Assembly: GCA_963711565.1 (NCBI GenBank)
Contig: CAVQEQ010000004.1
Coordinates: forward strand, 416,001-480,000
DNA length: 64,000 bases
Reading direction: 5' to 3'
Source: an uncultured delta proteobacterium
GTDB lineage: Bacteria > Desulfobacterota > Binatia > Binatales > Binataceae
Shown here: in pieces, positions 43,972 through 54,238 of the stretch
Position numbering within the stretch: position 1 is the first letter of the stretch
How the letters are laid out: each line of letters starts with the position of its first letter
Notes under the pieces: generated by a model
Database searches by the model: none
Seen by the model: only the letters and a program-made list of their open reading frames with translations
What the model was told of the DNA's origin: nothing
Made by a program: the position numbers and the translations under genes

Positions 43972-45162
43972 ATGGAGACGCTGGTACAAAATCTGATCGC
44001 GTCGGGCGCGTTCGGCAAGAACGCGTCACCGCACCTGGTCGCCGCGATCGTCGTGTTCGTGATGAGCGCCGTGGTCTTTCTGGGCGTTGCGTTTCCGTTT
44101 GCAGGAATCGTGAGCTGGGCCGAGCGGCGCGTGTGGGCGCGAATCCAGTCGCGCGTCGGTCCAAACCGCGTCGGGCCGCAGGGCTTCCTGCAGTGGCTCG
44201 CGGACGGCGTGAAACACGTCTGTAAGGAAGACATCATTCCCGACGAATCCGATCCGCCGCTGTTCAAGATGGCGCCGTACCTCGTGATGCTGGCGTTCAC
44301 GCTGCCGTGGGCCGTGATGCCGTTCTCGTCGTCGCTGATACTGGCGGACCTGAACGTGGGCATCCTCTATATGACGTCGGTGACGGCGCTCACGGTGGTC
44401 GGCGTGCTGATGGCCGGATGGGCGTCGAATGACAAGTGGTCGCTGATTGGCGGAATCCGCTCGGCGGCGCAAATCGTCAGTTACGAAATACCGGCGGGGC
44501 TGTCGATTTTCCCTGTGGTGCTGATGACGGGCACGCTGTCGATGCAGGGGATCATCCGCGCGCAGGGCTGGGCGCCGCAGCATTGGTTCCTGTTCGCGAA
44601 TCCGTTCACGTTCGTCGCGGCCAACATCCTCTATATATCGGCGCTGGCGGAGGGTAATCGCACCCCGTTCGATCTGCCCGAAGCCGAGTCGGAACTCGTG
44701 GCGGGATTCGCGACTGAGTATAGCGGGATGCGCTACCTGTTCTTCTTCATGGCGGAATGGGGAAACCTGTTCATCATCGGCGCGATTATCGCGACGCTGT
44801 TCCTCGGCGGCTGGCAGTTCCCGCATGTGACGAAGAATGTAATCGCGATGAATATACTTCAGGCGATCACCTTCAACGTCAAAGTACTATTCCTCGTGTT
44901 CGTGTCGATGTGGATACGCGCGACGCTGCCGCGAGTGCGTATCGATCAGCTAATGACGCTTTGCTGGAAATACTTCGTACCTATTTCGTTTGTGAATATG
45001 ATCGGAACCGCGGTGTGGGTAGCTATTTGGCCCGACGGTAACTCACTAATGGGCTATATCATGTTAGCGGCTGCGATTGCTCTGGCGGCGGTGTTTACTC
45101 AGCGAGTTATATACTATCTCCGGCGTTCGCGGATGGAAGTTTACTTCAATCCGACCATATAG
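43972..45162 (+). CDS. nuoH: Complex I subunit H
   Basis: RVGPNRVGP and NRTPFDLPEAESELV. Confidence 0.96.
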   Translation: METLVQNLIASGAFGKNASPHLVAAIVVFVMSAVVFLGVAFPFAGIVSWAERRVWARIQSRVGPNRVGPQGFLQWLADGVKHVCKEDIIPDESDPPLFKMAPYLVMLAFTLPWAVMPFSSSLILADLNVGILYMTSVTALTVVGVLMAGWASNDKWSLIGGIRSAAQIVSYEIPAGLSIFPVVLMTGTLSMQGIIRAQGWAPQHWFLFANPFTFVAANILYISALAEGNRTPFDLPEAESELVAGFATEYSGMRYLFFFMAEWGNLFIIGAIIATLFLGGWQFPHVTKNVIAMNILQAITFNVKVLFLVFVSMWIRATLPRVRIDQLMTLCWKYFVPISFVNMIGTAVWVAIWPDGNSLMGYIMLAAAIALAAVFTQRVIYYLRRSRMEVYFNPTI

Positions 45163-45171
45163 AGGCTATTG

Positions 45172-45741
45172 ATGAGCGCGGTTTCGGAATACGTAGGAAA
45201 TATCAAGGACGCTGTCACGAGCATCTTCGAGGGCATGGCGGTGACGGCGTCGCATTTCATGCGCAAGCCGTACACGGTGCAATATCCGGACAGGATGCCG
45301 GTGCGGGTGCAGGACACGCTGCCGTTCCGCTATCGCGGAATCCTGGAGGTCGATCTCGAAATCTGCACGGGATGCCTGGCGTGTGAGCGTGCGTGTCCGA
45401 TCGATTGCATCGTGATCGTGGTCGACAAGGACCCGCAGACGCGGCAAATGTTGCTCTCGCAGTTCGATATCGACATCGCAAAGTGCATGTACTGCGGGCT
45501 TTGCAGCGAACCATGCCCGACCGGTTCGATCCATCATACGACGGAATTCGAGGGCGCCGACTATTCGCTCGAGAGCCTGATTCGCCGCTTCGTCAAGGAT
45601 CCGGTGATGGCGTACAAGCCCAAGAAGGGGCCGGAAACCGACACGAGGATCGCGCCGATTCTGAATCGCGGCATGACCTACCTCGATCAATGGGCGCAAC
45701 CGGGCGGCGAGAAGCCGGCCGAAGAAGAAGAGCCCGCCTAG
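45172..45741 (+). CDS. nuoI: Complex I subunit I
   Basis: Two CxxCxxCxxxCP motifs. Confidence 0.95.
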   Translation: MSAVSEYVGNIKDAVTSIFEGMAVTASHFMRKPYTVQYPDRMPVRVQDTLPFRYRGILEVDLEICTGCLACERACPIDCIVIVVDKDPQTRQMLLSQFDIDIAKCMYCGLCSEPCPTGSIHHTTEFEGADYSLESLIRRFVKDPVMAYKPKKGPETDTRIAPILNRGMTYLDQWAQPGGEKPAEEEEPA

Positions 45742-45778
45742 CGGCGCGGCCATCTGCAACGCGGGGAAAGGCGATCAG

Positions 45779-46276
45779 ATGCTCGCACAGGTAATATTCT
45801 ATGCGCTGGCCTTGTTGACGGTGGGGTCGGCGATGTTAGTAGCGTTCTCGCGCAACATAGTTTATTCCACATTCGCGCTGCTCGGCGCGTTCATGGGCGT
45901 AGTAGGTATTTATATTTTGCTCGCCGCGGACTTTGTCGCGATGGTGCAGCTACTCGTTTACGTCGGCGGAATATTGGTACTGACTATCTTCGCGGTGATG
46001 CTGACGGCGGGAATCGCGGACGTGACGGTATCGAATCGAGCGGTGGGAATGGGATCGGCATTCTTCACAGTGGCTATTGCGGCGATGGTGATGTTGTACG
46101 CCATAGCGCGGACGCAGTGGCATCAGGCGGCAGCGGTCACGCCCATGCCAACCACCTACGCGATCGGAAATGCGTTCCTGGGCGATTACGTCTTGCCGTT
46201 CGAGGTCGCGTCGCTGGTATTGTTGGCGGCGCTAATCGGCGCGATAGTCATTTCGCGCCACGAAGCGCGGGAGTAG
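45779..46276 (+). CDS. nuoJ: Complex I subunit J
   Basis: QLLVYVGGI and PFEVASLVLL. Confidence 0.95.
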   Translation: MLAQVIFYALALLTVGSAMLVAFSRNIVYSTFALLGAFMGVVGIYILLAADFVAMVQLLVYVGGILVLTIFAVMLTAGIADVTVSNRAVGMGSAFFTVAIAAMVMLYAIARTQWHQAAAVTPMPTTYAIGNAFLGDYVLPFEVASLVLLAALIGAIVISRHEARE

Positions 46277-46294
46277 GGGAGCGGGAGAATCGGG

Positions 46295-46609
46295 ATGGGT
46301 GGGGGAATAACGCTTAACCATTTCCTGGTACTTAGCCTGATCGTATTTTCGCTCGGGCTGTTCACGGTTCTGACGCGGCGTAACGCGATTGGAATCCTGA
46401 TGGGCGTCGAGTTGATCCTCAACTCGGCCAATATCAACTACCTTGCGTTCGCGTTTTACGGCGGCGGGAAATACGACGGTCAGATTTTCGCGATTTTCGT
46501 AATCATGCTGGCGGCCGCGGAAGCGGTGATAGGGCTGGCAGTGGTGCTGGCGATTTATCAAAACTTCAAGACGATCGACGTCGATGCGACCGAGACGCTG
46601 CGTGGATAG
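46295..46609 (+). CDS. nuoK: Complex I subunit K
   Basis: LMGVELILN and AAAEAVIGLA. Confidence 0.95.
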   Translation: MGGGITLNHFLVLSLIVFSLGLFTVLTRRNAIGILMGVELILNSANINYLAFAFYGGGKYDGQIFAIFVIMLAAAEAVIGLAVVLAIYQNFKTIDVDATETLRG

Positions 46610-46616
46610 CTGAGCG

Positions 46617-48692
46617 ATGGATCATCCGACACCGGTTACGTTCATCCGCTTGATCGTGGTGCTGCCGTTGGTCGGTGCCGCGATCAATTTTCTTGCCGGC
46701 GCGTGGCTGCAGAAAACGTTCGGCAAACGCGCGATCAGCTTCATTGGATGCGGCGTCGTGATCGTGGCGTTCGGCGTGGCGGTCAGCGCGTTCTTCGCGA
46801 TGCTTAAGCTGCCGCCGGAAAACCGCTTCATGCTCGACGACCTGTGGAAGTGGTTCGACGTCGGCGGACTGAATCTCGACATCGCGTTCTGGCTCGATCC
46901 GCTGTCGATGATCATGACGCTGATAATCACCGGCGTCGGCGGACTGATCCACATCTACTCGACCGGCTACATGCACGACGACGACGGCTTCTGGCGATTT
47001 TTCGGATGGCTCAACCTGTTCACCTTCGCGATGCTGGTGCTGGTGTTGGGCGACAATCTGTGGCTGCTGTTCGTCGGCTGGGAAGGTGTGGGCCTGTGCT
47101 CGTTCGCGCTGATCGGGTTCTGGTACAAGGTGACCGCGAACACGACGGCCGGCAACAAGGCGTTCATCGTGAACCGCGTCGGCGACTTGGCGTTCGTGAT
47201 CGCGCTGTACAGTTTGTTCGCCGGACTGCAGGCGGTCGGGCATCCGACGCTGGTGACGCGCGAGGTCGCGAAGTATGCGCCGCTGCTCGCGGGAGTGCCG
47301 ATAAGTTTCGCGGGATTTTTGTCGGGGCATCAACTGGTGGGATTCGTCACGCTGCTGATGTTCATCGGCGCGACGGGCAAGTCGGCGCAAATTCCGCTCT
47401 ACGTGTGGCTGCCGGATGCGATGGCGGGGCCGACGCCGGTCAGCGCGCTGATCCATGCGGCGACGATGGTGACGGCGGGCGTGTACATGGTAGCGCGGCT
47501 GAATTTCTTATTTTCGATGTCGCCGTTCACGATGGGCGTGATTGCGCTCGTGGGTGGAGCGACGGCGCTGTTCGCGGCGACGATCGGTATCGCGCAAAAC
47601 GACATCAAGAAGGTGCTGGCGTACTCGACGGTCAGCCAGCTCGGATACATGTTCGCCGCGATGGGCGTTGGCGCATACGCGGCCGGCGTGTTTCATCTGA
47701 TGACGCATGCATTCTTCAAGGCGTGCCTGTTTCTCGGCAGCGGATCGGTGATTCACGCGATGGGCGGCGAGCAAGACATGCGCAAGATGGGCGGCCTGCG
47801 GCACAAGATGCCGATTACTTTCTGGACCTTCGTGGCTGCGACCTTCGCACTCTGCGGCATTTTCCCGTTCGCCGGGTTCTTTTCCAAGGACGAGATCATC
47901 TGGCAGGCATTCTCACACGGACATTTCGTCGTGTGGGCGTTCCTTCTGGTTGGGGCAGGATGCACAGTCTTCTACATGTCGCGCCAGGTGTACATGACAT
48001 TCTTCGGCGAGTTCCGCGGCACGCACGAGCAGGAACATCACCTGCACGAATCGCCGCCGTCGATGGCGTACGTGCTGGTCGTACTTGGCCTGCTTTCGGT
48101 CGTCGGCGGATGGTTGAAATTTCCGGAATTCATGATCGCATTCAAGCCGTTCGAGGAATTCCTCGATCCGATTTTCAGTTCAGACACTACTCGTCGCGTT
48201 ACCGAAGCGGGGTTACACAGCCATTCGGTCGAAGGATTCTTCGCGGTTATCACATTGGTCGTCGTAATCGCCGGATGGTACCTTGCCGATCTGATGTACC
48301 GGCAGGACAGGCTCGACCCCGCGCGCTTTAGCCAGATGCTCGGCGGAGTGCCGTACGAATGGGTATATAACAAATACTACGTCGATGAATTTTACGATAA
48401 AGCAGTAGTACAACCGTACCTAATGGCGACGCGAGCGCTGGCGTGGTTCGATAGTAATATTATCGATGGAGTAGTTAATCTCGCGGCGCGCATAATAGTA
48501 TTCCTGTCGTGGCTGTCCGGACTATTCGACCATTACGTAGTCGATTGGCTGGTGAACTTCGCGTCGAACGTGACTTACAACGTCGGGGGCAGGCTGCGGC
48601 GGTTGCAGACCGGTTCGATCAATGGATACCTGTACGGAATTCTGGCCGCGGTGATGCTGATACTGCTGGCCCGCGCGGTCGCGAGAGCATGA
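46617..48692 (+). CDS. nuoL: Complex I subunit L
   Basis: GKSAQIPLYVWLPDAMAGPTPVSALIHAATMV. Confidence 0.96.
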   Translation: MDHPTPVTFIRLIVVLPLVGAAINFLAGAWLQKTFGKRAISFIGCGVVIVAFGVAVSAFFAMLKLPPENRFMLDDLWKWFDVGGLNLDIAFWLDPLSMIMTLIITGVGGLIHIYSTGYMHDDDGFWRFFGWLNLFTFAMLVLVLGDNLWLLFVGWEGVGLCSFALIGFWYKVTANTTAGNKAFIVNRVGDLAFVIALYSLFAGLQAVGHPTLVTREVAKYAPLLAGVPISFAGFLSGHQLVGFVTLLMFIGATGKSAQIPLYVWLPDAMAGPTPVSALIHAATMVTAGVYMVARLNFLFSMSPFTMGVIALVGGATALFAATIGIAQNDIKKVLAYSTVSQLGYMFAAMGVGAYAAGVFHLMTHAFFKACLFLGSGSVIHAMGGEQDMRKMGGLRHKMPITFWTFVAATFALCGIFPFAGFFSKDEIIWQAFSHGHFVVWAFLLVGAGCTVFYMSRQVYMTFFGEFRGTHEQEHHLHESPPSMAYVLVVLGLLSVVGGWLKFPEFMIAFKPFEEFLDPIFSSDTTRRVTEAGLHSHSVEGFFAVITLVVVIAGWYLADLMYRQDRLDPARFSQMLGGVPYEWVYNKYYVDEFYDKAVVQPYLMATRALAWFDSNIIDGVVNLAARIIVFLSWLSGLFDHYVVDWLVNFASNVTYNVGGRLRRLQTGSINGYLYGILAAVMLILLARAVARA

Positions 48693-48729
48693 CGCGCTAT
48701 CAAGGCAAACGGGAAGAGCGAAAACTGAG

Positions 48730-50229
48730 ATGAGTCATGTGCTTACGCTGATAACTTTTATTCCGATCGCCGGGATGATTCTGGTCCTCGCGCTGCCCGA
48801 CTCGATGAAGCCCGCGTCGAAGTGGATCGCGGTGGTGGCCACAGCGCTGCAACTACTGATCGCGATCTATCTCTACAACAACTTCGACACGACGACGAGC
48901 GCGGTGCAGTTTGCCGAGAAGGCGTCGTGGATGCCCGCGTACCACATCAGCTACTTCATCGGCGTGGACGGCATCAGCATCTCGATGATCCTGCTGACGG
49001 CGTTGATCATGTTCATCTCGGTGTTCGCGAGCTTCGGCATCAATCGCGCGGAGAAGGGCTACTACGCGATGCTGCTGATGCTCGACACGGGCATGATGGG
49101 CGTCTTCGTGTCGCTGGATTTCTTCCTGTTCTATATTTTCTGGGAAGTGATGCTGCTGCCGATGTACTTTCTTATTGGCATCTGGGGCGGTCCGCGGCGC
49201 GAGTACGCGGCGATTAAATTCTTTCTCTACACACTACTCGGTTCAGTACTCATTCTGCTGGCGATGCTTGGACTGTACTACTACAGCGCGACGCCAACGT
49301 TCGACTTGACCGAGCTTGCGGCGAATTCGAGTCATTACTCAATTCATTTTCAGGAAATAGCATGGATCGCACTGTTTATCGGTTTCGCGATCAAAATTCC
49401 GGCGTTCCCGTTCCATACCTGGTTGCCCGACGCGCACGTCGAGGCGCCGACGGCGATATCGGTAATTCTTGCCGGCGTGCTGCTGAAAATGGGCACCTAC
49501 GGTATTTTGCGCGTGAATTTTGCGGTGCTGCCGGCGGCCAGCTACCAGCTTGCGTGGCTGTTCCTCGGCGTGATCGGCACTATCAACATAGTATATGGCG
49601 CGATGTGTGCGATGGCGCAGACTGACTATAAGAAGTTGATTGCCTATTCGTCGATTAGCCACATGGGATACGTGATGCTGGGGCTGGCGGCGTTTACGGC
49701 GGCGGGAATCAACGGCGCCGTGCTGCAGATGTTCAATCACGGGACGATCACGGCGATGCTCTTTATCCTGGTCGGCGTGATTTACGATCGCGCGCACCAT
49801 CGCGAGATAAACGGCTTCGGCGGACTCGCGCAGCAGATGCCGATATACACGGCGGTAACAGGATTTGCGTTTTTTGCGGGGATGGGACTGCCGGGGATGT
49901 CCGCGTTTATCTCGGAAGTGCTGGTGCTGCTCGGCGCGTGGCAGACGCATCCGCTGATGGTCGCATTCGGCGCGGCGACGGCGATCCTGACGGCGGGCTA
50001 CCTGCTGTGGACGTTCCAGCGCATCTACCTTGGTCCGTTGAACGAGAAGTACAAGGACTTGCCCGATTTGTCGTTCCGCGAGGCCTTCACGCTGGTGCCG
50101 CTCGGGATCATCGTGTTGATACTCGGCGTTTATCCGCACGCGATTCTGGGCCTGCTCAACACCTCGCTGGTGCATCTCAACCAGGTTGTGCTCTCGACTT
50201 CGGGCGCGGCCGTCGCGATGCTTCACTGA
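48730..50229 (+). CDS. nuoM: Complex I subunit M
   Basis: HTWLPDAHVEAPT and LLKMGTYG. Confidence 0.96.
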   Translation: MSHVLTLITFIPIAGMILVLALPDSMKPASKWIAVVATALQLLIAIYLYNNFDTTTSAVQFAEKASWMPAYHISYFIGVDGISISMILLTALIMFISVFASFGINRAEKGYYAMLLMLDTGMMGVFVSLDFFLFYIFWEVMLLPMYFLIGIWGGPRREYAAIKFFLYTLLGSVLILLAMLGLYYYSATPTFDLTELAANSSHYSIHFQEIAWIALFIGFAIKIPAFPFHTWLPDAHVEAPTAISVILAGVLLKMGTYGILRVNFAVLPAASYQLAWLFLGVIGTINIVYGAMCAMAQTDYKKLIAYSSISHMGYVMLGLAAFTAAGINGAVLQMFNHGTITAMLFILVGVIYDRAHHREINGFGGLAQQMPIYTAVTGFAFFAGMGLPGMSAFISEVLVLLGAWQTHPLMVAFGAATAILTAGYLLWTFQRIYLGPLNEKYKDLPDLSFREAFTLVPLGIIVLILGVYPHAILGLLNTSLVHLNQVVLSTSGAAVAMLH

Positions 50230-50246
50230 GACGCGCCAGGAATTAG

Positions 50247-51734
50247 ATGGACCTCGGAAACTTCGCGAGCCTTAGGCACTTCATCCCGGAGATGATCCTG
50301 GTGGCCGGAATTCTGGCCATCGTGATCATCGACCTGGCGGTGCGTGACAAATCGCGACTCGGCGCGTTGGCTCTGATAGCGGCTGCGGCAGCTCTGGTGG
50401 CGATTGGGCTGGAGCCGGCGTCGTCGGGCGCGTGGCTGTTCCATCGGATGCTGGTGTTCGATTCGTTCGCGATTTATTTCCGCGCGCTGATCGCGCTGGC
50501 CGCAGTCGTGGCGATCTGGATGTCGATGGGTTCGGAGGAAGTGCGGGGCTGCGACCAGGGCGAGTACTACGCGATTCTGCTCGCGAGCACGTTCGCGATG
50601 TTCCTGATGGCGGAGTCGGCGAACCTGCTGATGGCGTACCTCGCGCTGGAGTTCGTCAGCCTGACGTCGTACATCCTGACCGGATTTTTGCGGCATAACC
50701 GGCGCTCGCTCGAAGCCGCGCTCAAGTATTTGATCTACGGCGGCGTCGCGTCGGGCACGATGATTTACGGGATGAGCTGGATTTTTGGAATCACCGGCTC
50801 GCTCGACTTCAGCGTAATCAACAAGGCGCTCTCGACGCCCGAGCATCTGCCGGTGCTGGCGGTGTTCATCGCGCTGGTGCTGATCCTGACGGGGATGGGC
50901 TACAAGGTGTCGTCGGTACCGTTTCACATGTGGGCGCCGGACGTTTATACGGGCGCGCCGATTCCGATTACGACGTTCCTGGCGATCGGATCGAAGGCGG
51001 CGGGCTTTGCGCTGCTGACGCGTTTTTTCTTCCCCGCGATTTCGCATCTGGCGACGGGCGGGAGTTGGACGGCACTGGCGGGCGTCGATTGGCCGCAACT
51101 GCTGCTCTTCGTTTGCATAATCACGATGACGCTGGGGAATCTGGCGGCGCTGCAGCAGACCAACATGAAGCGCCTGCTGGCGTACTCGAGTATCGCTCAG
51201 GCGGGATACGCGCTAATGGGATTCGTCGTGCTGTCGAACGACGGGATTCGCGCGATGCTGTTCTATCTGTTCGCCTACTACGTAATGGATGCGGGCGCGT
51301 TTCTGGTGGTGATGATCGTGGCGAACTCGACCGGGCGCGAGGATGTCGAGGCGTATCGCGGACTGGCATGGCGCGGCGGAATCGTTCCGGCGGTTGCACT
51401 GACTATTTTTCTCTTTTCACTAACGGGTATCCCATTGACGGTGGGGTTTATCGGGAAGTTCTATTTGTTTGCGGCTGTGATTAAAGGTCAGTTCTACATA
51501 CTGGCTATTGTGGGAATACTCAATTCAGTAGTATCGCTGTATTACTACTTAAAGCCGATTCGGATAATGTTCTTCGAGCAGCCGCGCGGCGACGAGGGCA
51601 CGGTGCGCTTCGAGGTGTGGAATTACGGGCTGATGGGAGTGCTGGCCTGCGCGACGATAGTGTTCGGGTTGTACTGGTCGCCGATTATTTCGTTCGCGAA
51701 TCGGTCGATCAGTTTCTTTACCGGGGCGACCTGA
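50247..51734 (+). CDS. nuoN: Complex I subunit N
   Basis: EAALKY, PFHMWAPDVY and KRLLAYSSI. Confidence 0.96.
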   Translation: MDLGNFASLRHFIPEMILVAGILAIVIIDLAVRDKSRLGALALIAAAAALVAIGLEPASSGAWLFHRMLVFDSFAIYFRALIALAAVVAIWMSMGSEEVRGCDQGEYYAILLASTFAMFLMAESANLLMAYLALEFVSLTSYILTGFLRHNRRSLEAALKYLIYGGVASGTMIYGMSWIFGITGSLDFSVINKALSTPEHLPVLAVFIALVLILTGMGYKVSSVPFHMWAPDVYTGAPIPITTFLAIGSKAAGFALLTRFFFPAISHLATGGSWTALAGVDWPQLLLFVCIITMTLGNLAALQQTNMKRLLAYSSIAQAGYALMGFVVLSNDGIRAMLFYLFAYYVMDAGAFLVVMIVANSTGREDVEAYRGLAWRGGIVPAVALTIFLFSLTGIPLTVGFIGKFYLFAAVIKGQFYILAIVGILNSVVSLYYYLKPIRIMFFEQPRGDEGTVRFEVWNYGLMGVLACATIVFGLYWSPIISFANRSISFFTGAT

Positions 51735-51743
51735 CCGGATTAG

Positions 51744-51786
51744 GAACCTAACCCCTAACCCCTTCCCTCGAGGGAAGGGGAACCGG
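51744..51786 (+). repeat. Solo family D repeat between convergent nuoN and purU
   Basis: GAACCTAACCCCTAACCCCTTCCC-tcga-GGGAAGGGGAACC is identical to the DUF559 terminal repeat except for the 4-nt loop. Confidence 0.85.
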
Positions 51787-51795
51787 ATTGTAAAA

Positions 51796-52659
51796 TTACT
51801 CGAAAACGATCGTGCGGTTGTGGTGGAGCAGTACCTGCTTCTTCAGATGTGCGCGGACGGCTTTTGCCAGCACCATCACCTCTAGATCTTTGCCCTTGCG
51901 CGCGAGGTCGGCGACGGTGTCGCGATGCGTCATTGGCGTCGTCGCTTGCGCGATTATCGGACCGGCGTCGAGCTCCTCTGTTACGTAGTGCGCCGTTGCG
52001 CCGATTAGTTTGACGCCGCGGTCGTGCGCCTGCTTGTGCGGCCGTTGGCCGGCGAACGCGGGCAGGAAGCTGTGGTGGATGTTGATGATCGGCTTGCTCC
52101 ATGCGCGCAGGAGTTCACCGGATAGCACCTGCATGTAGCGCGCGAGGACGACAGTGTCCGCGCGCGTCTCGGTAAGGAACTTCAGCAGTGCGGCTTCAGA
52201 CTCGGCCTTGCGATCCTTCAGCACCGGTATCACCGTGAATGCGACATCGAATGGCCGCACGAGCGATTCGAGATCGGGGTGATTGCTGACGACACCGACA
52301 ACGTCGCCGTCGAGTTCACCGACGTGATGGCGGCTCAGCAGATCGATCATGCAGTGCGGCAGCCGCGAGACCATGATGACTAGTCGATCGCGCCTGGCGG
52401 TGTCGAATAGCGCCCACTTCAAGCGCTCCCACGGCAGAATCAACGTCATCGAGGCGTCGAGTTCGTTCGACAGCTCGCTGACCGGCAATCGCAGACTCTC
52501 GAAGTGGATGCGCCAGAAGAAGTGCCCGTCCTCGTCGTCGGAGTACTGGTCGGAGGTGATAATATTGCAGCCGAGCGTGAACAGGTGGCCGGCGACGCGG
52601 GCTATGATGCCGGGGCGGTCGATGCATGAGATGAGTAGGGTAGCTTTGCCTGCGGCCAC
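51796..52659 (-). CDS. purU: Formyltetrahydrofolate deformylase
   Basis: N-terminal ACT domain, LARYMQVL, INIHHSFLPAF and GVKLIGATAHYVT. Confidence 0.95.
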   Translation of the reverse strand: MAAGKATLLISCIDRPGIIARVAGHLFTLGCNIITSDQYSDDEDGHFFWRIHFESLRLPVSELSNELDASMTLILPWERLKWALFDTARRDRLVIMVSRLPHCMIDLLSRHHVGELDGDVVGVVSNHPDLESLVRPFDVAFTVIPVLKDRKAESEAALLKFLTETRADTVVLARYMQVLSGELLRAWSKPIINIHHSFLPAFAGQRPHKQAHDRGVKLIGATAHYVTEELDAGPIIAQATTPMTHRDTVADLARKGKDLEVMVLAKAVRAHLKKQVLLHHNRTIVFE

Positions 52660-52696
52660 GCATTAACTCCGGGGCGAATAGTCACTTTGAATTGTA

Positions 52697-53581
52697 ATGG
52701 CGACTCGCGCAAATAGACAAACCGGGGGCGGCGGGATTTTGTACGTAGTCGCGACGCCGATCGGCAATCCCAACGACCTCTCGGCGCGCGCGATTCGAAC
52801 GCTCGCGGAAGTCAGCCTGATTGCATGCGAGGACACCCGGCGCACCGGGCGGCTACTCGCGCGTCATCAGATTGGCACGCCGACGATCAGCCACTTCGAG
52901 CATAACGAGGAACGGCGGGTGCCGGAGTTGGTCGAGCGGTTGAAGGCGGGCGAGAAAATCGCGCTCGTAACCGACGCTGGAACGCCAGCCATTTCGGATC
53001 CCGGCTTTAGGCTGGTGCGCGCGGCGTTGGAGGCGAATGTGCGCGTCGTCGCGGTGCCGGGGGCTTCGGCGGTAGTCGCGGCGCTGTCGATTGCGGGAAT
53101 CCCGACTGACAGGTTTACCTTCGAGGGATTTATTCCGGCGCGCGACGCAGCGCGGAGTAAGGCACTCGACGAACTGCGTCGCGAGTCGCGCACGATGGTC
53201 TTCTACGAGGCGGCACGCCGGGTCGCTGATACGCTGGCTGCGATGGCGACCGCGTTCGGGGAATCGCGGGACGCGGCAGTTGTTTGTGAAATTACCAAGA
53301 CGTACGAGCGGACTATCCGGGGGACGCTGGCTGAGCTGGAACGGCATTTTCGCGCGACGCCGGCGCTCGGCGAGATCGTGATCGTCGTCGCCGGCGCACC
53401 GCATCAGTCGGACGCGGCTGGCGTCGCGATCGACGTGCATCAGGCGCTCGAGGTTCTGCGCGAGGCGGGACTTGGGCTGAAGCAGGCGAGCGCGGTGATC
53501 GCGCGGCTTACGGGGGTAGGGCGTCGCGAAGTGTACCAGGATGCGCTCAAATCGCGCGACGATGACTCAAGTGATGACTGA
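52697..53581 (+). CDS. rsmI: 16S rRNA (cytidine1402-2'-O)-methyltransferase
   Basis: LYVVATPIGN, CEDTR and DAGTPAISDPG. Confidence 0.95.
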   Translation: MATRANRQTGGGGILYVVATPIGNPNDLSARAIRTLAEVSLIACEDTRRTGRLLARHQIGTPTISHFEHNEERRVPELVERLKAGEKIALVTDAGTPAISDPGFRLVRAALEANVRVVAVPGASAVVAALSIAGIPTDRFTFEGFIPARDAARSKALDELRRESRTMVFYEAARRVADTLAAMATAFGESRDAAVVCEITKTYERTIRGTLAELERHFRATPALGEIVIVVAGAPHQSDAAGVAIDVHQALEVLREAGLGLKQASAVIARLTGVGRREVYQDALKSRDDDSSDD

Positions 53582-53636
53582 CTAGGTGGACAGTCTTCGA
53601 TGCCCGTGCTTGCAGTCGCATGGTGGGTGCGGTTCA

Positions 53637-54173
53637 ATGAAAAGTGGTGCGGGGATGGTGACGAGGGCTAAAGCCGGGCAAATCGCTGATCGCGCCGCGA
53701 CGGGCGGTGCCGGCGGCCCGATTAGAGTGCTGGTGGTCCATGGACCCAACCTTAACCTGCTTGGCGAACGCGAGCTCGAGGTTTACGGCCGGACCCGCCT
53801 GGCCGATATCGACAAGGAACTCAAACAACTGGGACGCGAACTTGAAATGAAGGTCGAGACGTTTCAGTCGAACAGCGAAGGCGGGATCGTCGATCGGATT
53901 CAGCAGGCGCGCGGCAAGTGCGACGTGCTGCTGATCAATCCGGGCGCATATACGCACACCAGCGTCGCGATTCGCGACGCGATCGCGGCTGTGAATATCC
54001 CGGTGATCGAAGTGCATCTGTCGAACGTGTATCGGCGCGAACCGTTTCGGCATCATTCGACGATTGCGGATATCGCGCACGGTCGAATCATGGGCTTTGG
54101 CGCCCAGAGCTACAGCCTGGCGCTCAGAGCGGCGCGCACTATCGCCGAGGAGTCGCGCCGACGGAGTGGGTGA
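53637..54173 (+). CDS. aroQ: Type II 3-dehydroquinate dehydratase
   Basis: [19 protein letters not shown] and EVHLSN; start position uncertain. Confidence 0.95.
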   Translation: MKSGAGMVTRAKAGQIADRAATGGAGGPIRVLVVHGPNLNLLGERELEVYGRTRLADIDKELKQLGRELEMKVETFQSNSEGGIVDRIQQARGKCDVLLINPGAYTHTSVAIRDAIAAVNIPVIEVHLSNVYRREPFRHHSTIADIAHGRIMGFGAQSYSLALRAARTIAEESRRRSG

Positions 54174-54238
54174 CGCCAATGGCGGCCAACGATCCAGCGC
54201 ACAAGCGATCCGCGATTGCCGCACGACACGGAGACGGG

